In this document: positions 39,184-52,450 of the stretch, piece by piece
Numbering within the stretch: the stretch's first letter is position 1
Layout of the letters: every line of letters starts with the position of its first letter
Source of the DNA: Schmidtea nova
Taxonomy: Eukaryota
Direction of reading: 5' to 3'
DNA length: 64,000 bases
Assembly: GCA_044892505.1 (NCBI GenBank)
Contig: CM097883.1
Span: 152,582,001 to 152,646,000 of the forward strand
Translations under genes and position numbers: made by a program
Notes under the pieces: model-generated
Database searches by the model: none
What the model was told of the DNA's origin: nothing
The model's input: only the letters and a program-made list of their open reading frames with translations

Positions 39184-39811
39184 CTTGCGAATTGTTTTTT
39201 ATTATCCCATATATCTTTCACATTTTTATTTTTATGGGAACTTGCATTGTTATTTTTGATTGTGTCATGATGTGATCGATAACATTTTTGCCTAATTGAA
39301 TAATTGGTTTCGTTTGTTGTTGTTGTTATTGCTGTGCGTGTGTGTGTGCGTGCGTGTTGTGTTGTGTTTATGTACTTTTCAAGAAATGTAGAAGAAAAAT
39401 ATCTGTACAGGTATATAAAATACTATTTTTATTGCATTTTCGGCGTTAATTTAGGAACAAATATGTATAAACTGGATGATAATGTCAACCAATGAGTAAC
39501 ATTGATTATGTATTAAAGAAGTTATTAGTGGATTATTATTATTATGTAAAATTTTCAATTGATACAAAGTTTGTAACAGTATATCCCAAACTCTTGTAAT
39601 CAGTCACATTGATTTATTTGCTTCTTTTTTACCCATTTAGACCTATATTTATACTGAATCTTATTGGTCTAATATAAAATATCTGTAAAATATACATATA
39701 TAAATATTTATTGAAATTTCCTTCTCTTGTATAAAATTTGAAATAAAGCTAATAATGTGGTTTGGCTTTTCTTCTTCTTTTTATTATTATAGAGATTATT
39801 ATACACTAGCC

Positions 39812-40386
39812 CAGTGATTCCCAACTTATTTTGGCTTAGGGCCACTTTTGTTTAGTTGGAGGGCACGAAGGGCCTAAAGGTTAAAATAACTAAAAATTAC
39901 GAAGATAAAATCTCTATGATGAGTCTATACTCTATATCAGTGATTCCCAACCTATTTTTTAAGGATACTTTTTTTACATGACACAATTTACAATAATATT
40001 TTACAATAGACAAATTCCTGATTAATAACTTTAGTTTAGTTATTAAATTGCCAGTGATAATTATTGGTGTTTAACTTTGATAAAGAAATTGTGGATTCAA
40101 TGGAACGTCAATAAAGTCCAGAGATAGTGATTTCTGGAATAAACCATTTTTGTAGTTAAAAGATGTTTTTATTCTTCAATAAATATATTCCCAGGCATTT
40201 GGATTTAATGTGAATTTTGTGGTTGAATATTAGAAGCCAGTTTTTCAATGTCAGGTTGAAGTTTAGTTGTTGCCAGAATCAACGTTTTCCATGGAAGGTG
40301 TAATTGTGATATATTTTTAGTGTTCTTTGTTGAGAAACCGAGGGCCACTTTTTTATGTCCGGCGGGCCACAGGTTGGGAACCACTG
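39812..40386 (-). mobile_element. hAT (Buster/Charlie-like) deletion derivative
   Basis: TIR CAGTGATTCCCAAC / GTTGGGAACCACTG; 8-bp TSD CACTAGCC; minus-strand transposase C-terminus LQPDIEKLASNIQPQNSH*; extra TIR copy near 39938. Confidence 0.9.
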
Positions 40387-41049
40387 CACTAGCCTATAAA
40401 AAGAAGAAAAATAAGAAAATGAAAATTCAGAAGTTAGAAACAAAAAATTTATGAAATTAAGTTGATCCATTTTTTACTGTGAGCCACGTTTGGAGTTCAC
40501 TTCATTTTATTTTGCTAGAAACACTACTTTTACAGATGTCATATTTTTGAGGTTAAGTGTTTTTTAGAAATTGTATTAATTTCTTTTCGTTTTGTGAATA
40601 TTTGAGAAAAATATTAATTGAAAAAAATTGAAAAATTAAATACATCATTGTTTTTTGAGGCCACCCTAATTTTTCATAACAGCTTCCATCCTGCGTAGCA
40701 TTGATTTAGTCAAGTTGGATAAAAAATTTATGATACATTGAATGCTATATCTAAAGCTTGGCAGATTGTTTAAACAGATACAGATTATATAAGAATTTTA
40801 ATTTTTAAACATTGCTTTGATTTTTGTGTGTTCAGGCCAATCACTGCTGACAGACTACTAATCCATGAGGCTTATTTACTAATAGGCTAGCATTTAAAAC
40901 TTTAGTCACTATCATTATTCAGAATGTACAATAGCACTGTATTTTATTTTGACGTTTTTTACAAATATTCAAATAATTTTTTTTCTCAAAAAATATTTGT
41001 TTTAAAAATTGGTATTTTGTTGTCCAGTCAGAGTAAATTCCTGATTTTT

Positions 41050-41620
41050 AACAATCGGTATCGAACGGTCGGGCGATTGTTACGATTGTCCTAATAATCG
41101 GCCCGATTGTGAATGCTTCTGATTAAACGACCAAGCTCTTCATATATCTGCTGAATTCGTTTGAGAAGGATTGTTTTTGATGTTATAGATACTTTATCTA
41201 ATAGTTTCTTTAATCCAGCTCACAAATTCTCAATAGAATTGCGTTCTGGAGATTGAGAAACTATTCCACTATTCCGACATTTTGTTTTATGCAATCTGTT
41301 GCAAAATAAATTCCCGCATGTAATCTTTCAATAGGAAAATTATTATTTCGAAAATTTGTGTATGCATCACTTTTCATTCTTAATATCTCTACTAAAGAAC
41401 AAACTCTATCACCTAAAAAGTAAATTCATTACATAAATTTGCGCCTACCCGATTAACCACTTGGGGACGGATGCTGTACATATACGCCAAATCGATGTGT
41501 GCCAATTTGCCGGATGACGCAGGTCACTTTCTAAACACACACTTAAACGTGTAATATTTCAAACATTATATGCCTACATATGTGAATTATTTCAACAAAG
41601 TGTTGTGACAAGTACTTATG
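41050..41620 (-). pseudogene. Tc1 transposase C-terminal remnant
   Basis: Decayed, frameshifted SQSPERNSIENL*AGLKKLL corresponds to WPSQSPDLNPIENLW. Confidence 0.6.
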
Positions 41621-41689
41621 TATTACGGAACTTTTCAGTGCAATAATGTCTCATGAATCAATGAATGAACAATAACTGAAATTGCCAAC

Positions 41690-41960
41690 TGCCCTCTTTT
41701 CTTGATAGAGGCCGACCTCATAGTTTACCTACTGCAAGATTACAAGGTTGTCACTTTCTTGAAAGAATCCCACTTTCTGAAAAGAAGGCGAAGACACAGA
41801 AGAGATGTTTGGTGTATGCTGGGCATATTTCCCCGAAAGGAGACAACCTATCAATGTCACAGCTGTCAAGTTCCTTTGTGTACAATACCCTGTTTCATAC
41901 TAGGGCAAATTTATGAAAAAATACTTTGCATCTGCAAATAATTGCTAACTAATCATTGCT
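41690..41960 (+). pseudogene. piggyBac transposase C-terminal cysteine-rich remnant
   Basis: ARLQGCHFLERIP, then RKETTYQCHSCQVPLCTIPCF. Confidence 0.7.
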
Positions 41961-44618
41961 CATAAAAATACTACAATACTACAAATTATGATTTAAGATA
42001 TACGTACTATAATAGGTTGCGCTCACTATAGAAAGATAGAATTAAAAAGAAACTCCTCTCTTTAAATATTTTTATTAAACAACAGTGTGTACAGATAATT
42101 TTACAGATATAACTAAGATCGTGATCAACTGATCAATCCCTCAATGATCCACAAGCTTTACGATATTTCTATTGACAGGTCACCGTTGAATAAATATACA
42201 TAAGAGTGGGCAAGAAGCAAATAATTTTGGGGATACACAGATATAATAAGACGGACTATGATCTTGTATACATTATTATACACTTTAGCTAAAATCTTTT
42301 TTCTAAAACTTGTTTGATTGAACTGGAAAAAATATCTTACTACTGCTCTAACTGATTGAACTCCTTTCTTTTATAATCGACTTCTTCCACTTAACGATTG
42401 CTTACTCCTTGTTCTGTGAACACAAATAACTCTTAGCAAACAAAACAGATGTTGTTTTGAGTTAAATCCAAAACACAATCTGGTTTTTAAATTGATAATA
42501 TTTTCTCGCAAATATTGATTTTATTAAACCCAAAAGTACTTTTCTAAAATTGATTTACCGGATAATTTATATATCAAGGGTTGATGTCTATATATTATTT
42601 AAACCATCTTTTCTATGTTTAATTATATTTTTTGATTTTTTTGTTTAAGTGACTGTTATTATTATAAGTATTATTACTATTGTTTGGCCCACCAAATAAC
42701 CTAAAAATACATAAAACAACTTAACAATTAAAACAAAATAATTAAAATAATGTTACCAAAACCTAGAAAAATCTAGATAAAAGAATAAAAATAAATAGAT
42801 AAACCAACAATAAATAACTTACAAGTAGGAAAATAATCCAAATTACGCAACAAAGCGACCAACAAGGAACCTGAAATAGAAAAATGGAAAATTATGAATA
42901 AATTAACAAAAATAAAAGTCCAAGTAACTAAATAATTACCTGACAAAATTAGGACCACCAAACGAGAAACCTAACACGGAAACAAAATATGATTTAGATA
43001 AATTAAAAATGATTGATTTACTTTGAAGGACGGTCTGATCCTGATTGGTCAATCTGACCAGCTGGATCAGTATAAATACCGATCCGAAAATCACAAAAGG
43101 ACTACAATTTTCATTTTTGAGACTCAACACGATTTAACTGTTTTGAGCCTTCACTTAATAGTTGACAAATTTATTTTTCAAGAAGCACATTAATTTCTGG
43201 ACGAAGTAAACATTATTTTTATTTTTAATTTTCTATGGATTGTTCTCATGATTTTATTGTATAAAATACAACTTATTTTAACCAAATTATTCATTATTTT
43301 TCCGGTTTATTATTATCATTATCATTATGCCAAAAGATACTCTTCCTCCGTAGCTTACGCCGCGAGGGAGCAAGCCGTCGTTGTGGGACTTCGTAGCTCC
43401 ACAAGATGGTGAGCGAGTGGACGGATGGGGAATTTTATTTCAGGCTTTTGTGCTTTTAGAATTTTAATTTCATGAGATTACATTTATGAGGTTGCACATG
43501 GGGCGTTTTATACTATGTTGCGGGGTAGACATCTAGCACAATATAGTCGAGTCTTCACTGAGGAGCTTTACACAACGAGTCGAAATACGCAGGAACATTT
43601 TTAGCATGATGCGTTCGGATCACATATTATTTTTCACAATGCGTTGAAATTACATATATATGTTCGTGATACCATAAGTATGAAATACGTTTTTCTTTTA
43701 TCTCAATTAAACCATAGGAACAGTTTATATTGGTTAGTTCACCCAAAGTCGCTAAACATCGATTTAGAAAAATTTGTAATTGTGGGTTATACTAGTAAAC
43801 ACAGTTAGGCATTGATTTATAATTGAACCAAACCGAACTGAATCAGTCGTTACGAGTGGTTTATTATTCGGAGCAAAGTACAGGAATTTTCAAACAATTG
43901 GACTTGGGTCTATAAGAAAGGTAGCTCTCCAATTTGTGTCTAGTGAGCGAGTTTTATTGAGGGTTCTTCAAATTACACATGCATAAAGATTGACTATGAT
44001 GATTTGTGTGATTCTAGATAGTGATCATGTCTGTTCAAATCCTGGTAATTACCCATATGGTGCAATAAGAGGGCATAACACAGTACTGAGTGTTAGATCA
44101 AACCAATCGATTAAATCAATAACATATAATATGTGATTAAATTAAAGTTCTGTTTTGGTAAATTAGATAACCATTTCTTAGTCCTGATCGCTGTAGATAG
44201 CGCAGGAGAACCATGAATTTAAATAATGATTTATTCTGATCGCTGTAGATAGCGACAGTGTTTAATGATTATTAGGCACCTATTGTTTGATTTTCTTAAG
44301 AAAATTTTAACGTATCGATAGGAAGTAGATCCACTCCAACCGGGTATAATAGGCGAAATATTATCAGCCCTAAAATTGTACGGCTCTGAATTCAATTACA
44401 AGTCATAAAGCGGGATGGGGATTCCTTAGGGGAGATCAGGTTAATGAAATTTCTAATTTGTCCAATTAATAGAAACGATGGAAAATAAATCAATCGAGCA
44501 ATTTGTGGCCATACAGAGGGAGTTATCTATTTCCCTCAACGTGACTATTATGGAAATAGATTTGATTGTTGACGTTTGTTAGTGATTTTAATTGTTTGTT
44601 AAATAATATTATTTATTA

Positions 44619-45320
44619 TGTAGTTTTGTGTACCAGAGAAAATTATTGACGAGCCCGAGAGAGTCACCGATTTGTGTTGGGACACTCGGGGTGTATGCGT
44701 ATATTCTTTGGTGTGAGTGCGTGCGTAATAAGTGCTGTTTAGATACAATATTAACACAAATAAATAAATAACTTAACAAAATAAATATTATGCAAATTAT
44801 ATTTAATAGAAAATGTTTCTAAAAGAAAAACTTTAGAACCACGAAAAGTTACTTGTATTAAATTGTTTGGATTTAAGATAGTTGTTAAAATTTGGCAATA
44901 GGGAGTTTCTGCAACTTGTTTTTAATAGTTCTTCTTTAAGATGGATTTAAGATTGTTGTTTGGTTTGACAAATGGGAAGTTTCTGCAACTCGTTTTCCTT
45001 TAAAAATGGATTTGAGATTGTTGTTAGATTTGACAAAAGGGAAATTTCTGTAACTCGTTTTCAATAGTTCTTCTCTAAGATGAGTTTAAGATGTTCTAAC
45101 TCCTGCGCGAGTAGATAATTGGGATTTTATTCTAATAATCGATTTTTTTTTTAAATTGTCAATTTGCCTTCTATAGTTATTTACTATAGAAAGCAAAATT
45201 TAAACTTTTAAATTAAATTTTAATAAAACTGTAATATAACAGAAAACAAAAAGGGGGGGGGACAAAATATAAGGGAAAATAAGACACACGCATTGAGAAC
45301 ATTACACAACTTCCCCCTTT
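44619..45320 (-). mobile_element. 3' LTR plus PPT of a Gypsy element related to the 20413 family
   Basis: Minus-strand AACCTCCGGTTTTAAAGGGGGAAG (shared with 23583-23606) followed by TGTAATG at 45306; similar to 24888-25415; left boundary inferred. Confidence 0.6.
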
Positions 45321-45656
45321 AAAACCGGAGGTTGACATGAAAATAAAAAGTTTACATTTGTACGACCCTTACAACCTATTAAATCATTGTTAACTATTAT
45401 TTACAATTCACACCAAATTTACATTTTTACGTTAACGGTTAACCTAAAACCATTTTATTTGTTTTTTATTTTGTTTTGTTTTTGTTTTGTTTTATGTTTT
45501 ACAACGATTTAACCAAAAAAAATAAAAAATGTACAATAAACTTTGTTTGTGCATCTGTTTTGCTTGTGTATGTTTGTGTTTTTTTTTATTTGAAGCAGTC
45601 GCTGAATCGTTTTTGTTCTGGTGTGATTGCTGTGTGATGTGCTGCTGTCCATCTAG

Positions 45657-45899
45657 GACACTGGCAAAGACCTTGTACTATATCGAGGAGGCCCAGAGTG
45701 GCCGATCAAAGCCAACAAGAGCTATTCTTCGAAATTCGGGCGATTAATTATTGTTCTCACCGATCCTGACCGAAGGCCATCCCGAGTAATTTATTGGGGA
45801 CATATCCCTCAAGGCGAGCTCGCAGGATTAGGATTTCAGTTATTCTCCTCGCCCAGACCCCTCGGAAAGGAATATAAGATTGGCCAGCCGGATTTCTGA
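45657..45899 (+). CDS. Candidate GC-rich terminal exon, unknown product
   Basis: CCATCTAG acceptor, then 80 open codons (DTGKDLVLYRGGPEWPI...GQPDF) and TGA; GC much higher than the flanks. Confidence 0.35.
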   Translation, partial: DTGKDLVLYRGGPEWPIKANKSYSSKFGRLIIVLTDPDRRPSRVIYWGHIPQGELAGLGFQLFSSPRPLGKEYKIGQPDF

Positions 45900-47230
45900 C
45901 TAGAAAGGATTCGACGAGCACCCACCAATCAGGGTCTCCATATCGCTCAAGTTTTTAGCAACCAGTGAAACGATCCGAATTATTATGTGCTGTAAACTCC
46001 AATAAATTTTTGTTTCCGTTCTGAATTTGGTCTTGTTGATTGTGTTAGAGACAGGGAAAATAGTAGAAACATTTGAGTTAGATGAAGACTATAGCATAGG
46101 AACAAATAGATATAGGCTAAACATACACATAGACACATCATCTAACAAGATCACTCCCGATGAAAAGATGGAATTCAGACAATAATCTATTTTATCTTTA
46201 GACAATCCTATTATGGCACAAACTCATTCAGCCTCGTAATTCAAATAACAATCTATTCTATCTCTTGACAATTTTATTATGTGACAAATTTATTATATCT
46301 TTTCTTTATTCAATCTATTTTAACTTTTGAAAATCCTATTTGTGTGACAAATTCATTCAGTTTTGTGATGTATATAACAATCTATTTTATCTTTTGACAA
46401 TTTATCATTTGTGATCTTGCAAACTTTTATTGACATTTTTTATGGCGATAGACAAAATTTTAAATAATTTTGAAAGAATATTTTGTTTTGAAAATATTTT
46501 ATGTAAAAATAATTTTTTAGCTATTTGGAAAATGGATTATATTTTCATTTATATTTCAATATTTTAATTCAATAAATTATAATAATAATAATAAAATAAA
46601 TAAATAATACAGATTGTTTAAATAAATTAAAAAATAAATAAATTACTGTTTGTTTAAATAAATTATATTTATGACCTTCAAAGGTCAGAAAAATGAAATA
46701 ATATCCCAAGGTTAAAAAATAATTTTGGAAACAACTCTGTTTTGAAAACAACTATTTTCAAAATAATTTCAATCAACTCAAGAGGCAAAATAACAATCAT
46801 TATTGACAGATTAAGTGCCTTAAAATTTAGTATATAAACTGACTGATTTTTTAGTCAAACCACCATAAAAATCTTATACAGTAAGAAGAGTTACAAATTC
46901 GGTAAACGATTTGTAAATTAAAATCGAGCATTCAAAATTTTTACATCCGAGCTCAGGAAACTGCAAGCACTTACACACACATACATATACATACAAAATA
47001 ACTAAAAATTATTATCCTTGAGGTAATTGTTTATTTTCATCAAATTTGTAATTGTTAGAAATAAATAAAGTCTTTGAAAAGAACCAGTCTTGTTTTTTAT
47101 TTATATAAGAAACATCAAGTTGAGATTCTCGGAACCTCAACAATTGTATAAATTCCCGATTTTAATAAACTTGAATATTCTCTCATAATTTTTACTATAA
47201 ACGATATTTTTAAATCAAACTCCATTCAGA

Positions 47231-47827
47231 ATGAGTCAAGAAATAAAACATCAGAGCGAGATAGACAAGATGTGGAGAATCTGACGAGCTCTCGAGAAGG
47301 AGATGGAACAAATAAAGGGCCAACTGTCAAAGGCTGAAGCTCAAGTCCAATATCTGAGGAAAAGTTGGTTCGCCCCTGTGCGAATGATGGAACAGATAAC
47401 CCGTACCGAAAGGGCCCAAAGAACGGCCGACGAATACCGAATAGAGTGGGAAGCCACGAAGATGGAATTACGAAAGTGCCTCCAATCTGTAACAACATCG
47501 TTTATTGAGAAGGAGTTGAAAGATCAGATCAGGCCAGTCACTTTCCAGAACTGGGTAGCCGAAAAGAAACCCGCCTGTTTCGTAGGAACAGACGTCGATG
47601 GATTGGAGCCGATCAAAGTAGCGAGTCCCGTACCGTCACCAAAAATCATTCAAGTCGCCAACCCCGTTAAGAAAACAAAAATGATTGGGTCAAATCGTCG
47701 TAGGCAGAAACGATTATTCGCCCAACAGTTACAGGCTCAGATTGATATGACCGAAATGACGGAAGTAGACTTACTGGCAGAGATATTTCCACACAAGGGT
47801 AATTTTCTCAATTTTTGTATGGATTAA
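47231..47827 (+). CDS. Coiled-coil ORF of unknown function with one in-frame stop
   Basis: Acceptor CCATTCAG at 47229, ATG at 47231, in-frame TGA at 47282-47284, then the 174-aa ORF 47303-47827; possible donor AAG|GTAATT near 47798. Confidence 0.45.
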
Positions 47828-48153
47828 ATAAACTCCTGACATTTACACAACTTCGTTTTGGTTTCTCTATGATTAAGGCACATAGTAATTAAATTAACTT
47901 AGACCTATTATTTGTTATTATAAGCGTTCAACTAATCTCGTTTAGATAATTGCGAAAGTTAGCATAAGACCTTCTAACGGCAGCATGAACCCGTGAAAAT
48001 AAATGGGGAGTAGTTTCAGCAATGAAGCTCACCTGCCCATCATTTTTCAATCAACCTGCGCATTTCTAACTTGACTATATAGGGAATGGTCAAGGGCCCT
48101 CGTGTGAAACAGAGTGTATTTCTGCATGATCATGGATGGGGTATCCCTAGTTC

Positions 48154-48575
48154 CAGGCCCGGCCCAAGGGCCAGGCGACCTAGGCCATAGCCTAGGGTGC
48201 CTTTTTTTTAGAGGGCGCCAAAATTTATTATAAACAATCAAAGAAAATTATAAAATAAGCCTCCAAAACTTTATATTTTGATAGATAGGTTGAATAATTT
48301 GGCCATTATTTCAATTGAAAATAATGTTGTAGCAAACCTAAATTTGGAGGCAGCAATAGAAAAATTTGCAGACATGAAAGCCAGGAAAAATTCATTCTTA
48401 TAAATTCTGTTTTTTTATATATATGTAAATCAATCGAAAAAAATGAAATGAAGTAATAAATAGATTTTTTTTGTTAATCTTTTTTATTTTATCATAATTT
48501 TTGTACCTAATTTTTAAAATAGGGCGCTTTTTATAATTTTCGCCTGGGGCGTATAATTATCTCGAACCGGCGCTG
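48154..48575 (+). mobile_element. hAT MITE/deletion derivative
   Basis: CAGGCCCGGC...ACCGGCGCTG ends; 8-bp TSD CCTAGTTC; contains hAT C-terminal IENNVVANLNLEAAIEKFADMKARK. Confidence 0.85.
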
Positions 48576-48922
48576 CCTAGTTCCTATTAGTAATTTTAGC
48601 TTTAACCCTTCCATGAACCCAGCACTATCATCTTTCTTCCTATAATAATGATGCAACTATACTTATAATTATATTATAATTATATTTTTTGATTTTTTGT
48701 TTATATAAGTGTTATTGTTATTGTTATTATTAATATCAATAATTCTCAATAATTCTCATAATCAAGTGTGTAATATCAGGAAGATTTCTGTTATTAATAA
48801 TGTTGATTTTGCGAGATTAAGTGGGAAAACTTTGTCACGCAGTTCCCTGTGGCCTAAATCAATTTTATTATTATTATTGGGACACATTTCTTTTTATTAA
48901 TTAATTTTTGCAATTTCCATAT

Positions 48923-49724
48923 CGTTGGGGTTGTTAAACTAAACAGAAAATAAATGCAAAAACATAAAATCTATGTGCAAGTCAATAAAAAAATCAAAAT
49001 TGGGAAAATAATAATTAAAGCGCAAACATTACTAAAAAATTTATAAAATTCAAAAATAAAGATTTAGAAGAGGAAACGGGTATGCAAGGATGACAAATGA
49101 TGAGACGAATTCAAATATGGTTATATAAAATTGAAAAGGGGCCCCCAGAATGAAATATTAAGAAAATACAAATTAATTAAAAATAATGAATTGACTAATG
49201 GGAAACTCGGGGTATCAACAAAATCATTTAATTATCCAAATAAATTAGATGAGCAAAGGATGCCCCGGGAAAGCCGCAAACCCAGTTTCAGCAAAATTCT
49301 ATTAGGCAGTGGCAAAACCAATCTAATTATTTTATTTTTATAGATCCAATTAAAGTAACAGGATGAAAGGAAAAAGGCACTATATAAACGGAGAGTAATT
49401 TTCCGATATTATCAGAGTGGTCGAAGATAAATTTTGAAATTGTAAATTGAGCGAACTATTATAAGCGAGAGAAGGAAACTATAAGAAAAAACTAAAAGTA
49501 GAATTCGGATTTATGAATTTTCCTGCTTAACAGAAAAGGAGATCTCCCACTGGGTCTTCTACTCTAACGCAAGAGTGCAGATAACAGTTATAACTTTTCG
49601 TGATTCATATTTTTGTGATTGAATTGAAGAAATAAAAATTTATTGTGCTGCGTCTAATTTATTGTTTTGAAAGAAAGAACACATGAGTCAGATACCAACA
49701 GACTATTCATTAATAACCCAACAC
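48923..49724 (+). mobile_element. Solo LTR (~800 bp)
   Basis: (C)GTTGGGGTTGTTAA ... TTAATAACCCCAACA inverted termini; TATATAAA near 49381 and AATAAA near 49631; flanks ATAT/CTAT (3 of 4 match). Confidence 0.65.
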
Positions 49725-51134
49725 TATTTTGCCTGTGACTGGGATATATTTATTTGGACATAATTCTTGAGTGATGGACCAAACTGCTCGCCTTTTGTTC
49801 AAAATTATTAGTTTTGTTTTAATAATAAAATTTTACTGATTTAATTGATTATTTATTTGTCTGTCATAACTTATTAATGGAGAAGATAGTCATTAAGTTC
49901 GTTTCAAGTAAACTTTTGTAGGGAACATAATGAATAGTGGTAGGTTGCTTAACTAGTAGGGGACTAAAATGCGCAAAAGAAACCTTCTATCGGTCGCACT
50001 TGAACCCACTGTGATGTTTGGTCATTCATAGTTTCGAGATTTTCGACGCTTACTGTTTGCGAACATCCACCCATTTGTATCATTACCAATGTTGCATCGT
50101 ATCGGGCAACAAAAAGGTTAAATAATATTTTATGTGTTGAGTTGTTGATGTGAAATCCTAGCAACGCCAAAGCCATATTGACAGTCAACAACCCACCAAC
50201 TGAATAGAATAAAAATGGAAGCGTAAAGGAAAACAATAGGAAAAAGTGGTAGTGAGAGTGTTTAGGAGTAAATAGTTAAATGATTGAGGCAGATAAGAGT
50301 TAGAGGGTAAAAATCTATATAATAAACCTGATTTTAGTGAATTAATTTATGCTCAATATTGAACATCCACATAGGAAGAAGAATATAAATGGGCAATATT
50401 CCTTCTATTGGTCTTCTTGACCCCAAATGTTATATTCGGTATATTACAGATCTGGAAACAGCGTTCACTTTATGCGGATATCCACCCATTTGTTACAGGG
50501 ACAATAAGAGCTAGGTCAGCCAGTAACACACCAAAAATACTATTTAACATTTTGTAGGAATATTTATTTTGAGTCAGTTTCTTCTCTGAATCCTATATTG
50601 AAAATCCTTAAAACCCAAAACAACAAATTCTATTGAATTCCACAATTTACAAACGATAAATAAATACAATTTCTAATTTCTGCAAAACACAGCACTCTTC
50701 TTTATTCCAGCGATAGGGGTAGGTCTACCAAAGATAAATTACCATTTCTGATAAGCTTTTAATTTGTTAATATTAAGTTTCTGACAATCTCACTCTTTTT
50801 ACTTTTCAAATGTATCGTACAACCGACTAATAATTTTACTTCGACCAAACTGGGAATTTTCTGTCTTTTTGCTATTCCTTTTATAATAATTCTATTGTGC
50901 CAAAATATTAATTAAATTTACAGAATGGAGACATAATGGGGACATCTTTTTTTACAATTGTATTTTTGCAGAATTGAAACGACTGCTGTTTTTTATAATT
51001 TTATCATTTCGGCGTACGACTCCGATAATTTGATTTTATGTCGGGTTTCTCTTTTGTTCGGGTTTCACATTGACTCGGGTTTTCAACATAAGTAATAAAT
51101 TATTCATTAATCGTTAATTAATCTTTATTTATTA

Positions 51135-52158
51135 TGTTCGGTTCGTATCAGTGGTTTACGACGAACACAGAAAATATATATATATATATATAGATATATT
51201 TGATTTGATTATCGGACTCCAAACGATAATCCGCTTATATAATTATAAATAAAATATATGTTTTAGGTTGTGTGTAAGGAAAACAAAACTAATTCTTTTT
51301 ATTAAGATTTATTGTGAAATATGTATAACAATGTACAATATAATAAAATAGCTGCTAAGCAAAAGTTAGAAAATCGGTTATTCAAACCGTCCTCAGAGTT
51401 AAGAACGAAAGCTGGACCTAAAAGGCTCAACAGCTCCGACTAAATGAAAGGTCAAAAGATGAGGGATTCCCTGTAGTTTAACCGCGATAGTGACAACCCA
51501 GAAATGGTTGTCACTGTGACCTAATAATATCCCTTCTAATAATTTATTATTTAACGACTTTACTGAAGGGGAAAAATAGTAATACAACTATTTCCCCGTG
51601 ATCGATTTATAAGATTTAAAAACAAACTAGGAAAATTACCAGCTAATAAAGATTATTCCAATTTTCGGGAAATTATCGCAAATGAAATTCAAGCTAAACT
51701 TGTCGTAATACTTCTGCCGTAAAAATTAATTTCTCCAATTCACAAATCTGTAAAACTTAGATTCACTTCTGTAAAATTTATGTTCTGTCTTGACTGATTT
51801 GACAATCAGTTTATATACAAATTATTTTCTCTCATGTAGGTCTAGACGACCACCTATTACTAACTACGTGTAGGTCGAAATTGACCTTACAAAATATTAA
51901 CTTTAAAGTAATTTATTATTACTATATATATCTTATTATTACTATTTAAATTTCTCATGTATTTATTTATTACTATATTTATTATATATTATTTAATTGT
52001 TACTATATTTAATCTATATTTATTTATAGTAATTATTTATTTACTATTACTATTTATATATTTATTTATAGTAATTCTTAATTGCTATTTATATTTATTT
52101 ATTTACTTATAATATTTAATTACAAAAACCCGAGATCCCTTGATCTCGAACCCTAACA
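51135..52158 (-). repeat. 3' LTR (~1024 bp)
   Basis: Starts TGTTAGGGTTCG 2 nt after the PPT; ends CGAACCGAACA (imperfect inverted terminus); AATAAA near 51300; (TA)n near the end. The 5' LTR is not in the window to confirm. Confidence 0.75.
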
Positions 52159-52450
52159 TGTCTTCCCCCTAACAAGATTTTCGTCCCGAAAATTAAAGCG
52201 GAAAAGACAAGAAGGTTACGCAGCCATAAAATAAAAAATAAAATAACAACACATGCATATATATACATTGAATGCTCCTGGTCAATAAAAATCACACAAA
52301 ACAAATAAGTCATAATGTTGATCACAATCAATATCAAATAACAATTGTCTGTAAACGTTGGATTGTTGATCACATAGCCGAAGTGCTAATTGTTTGATTG
52401 ATAGTTGTCATAGCTTATAGCTAGACCTTGGATTGAACGTAGCAGAAATG

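Noticed and set aside
49964-50236. Integrase C-terminal remnant (ATLVMIQMGGCSQTVSVENLE) of the 45-kb element
   Set aside because: Only a weak resemblance with no GPY or catalytic motifs nearby; insufficient to call.
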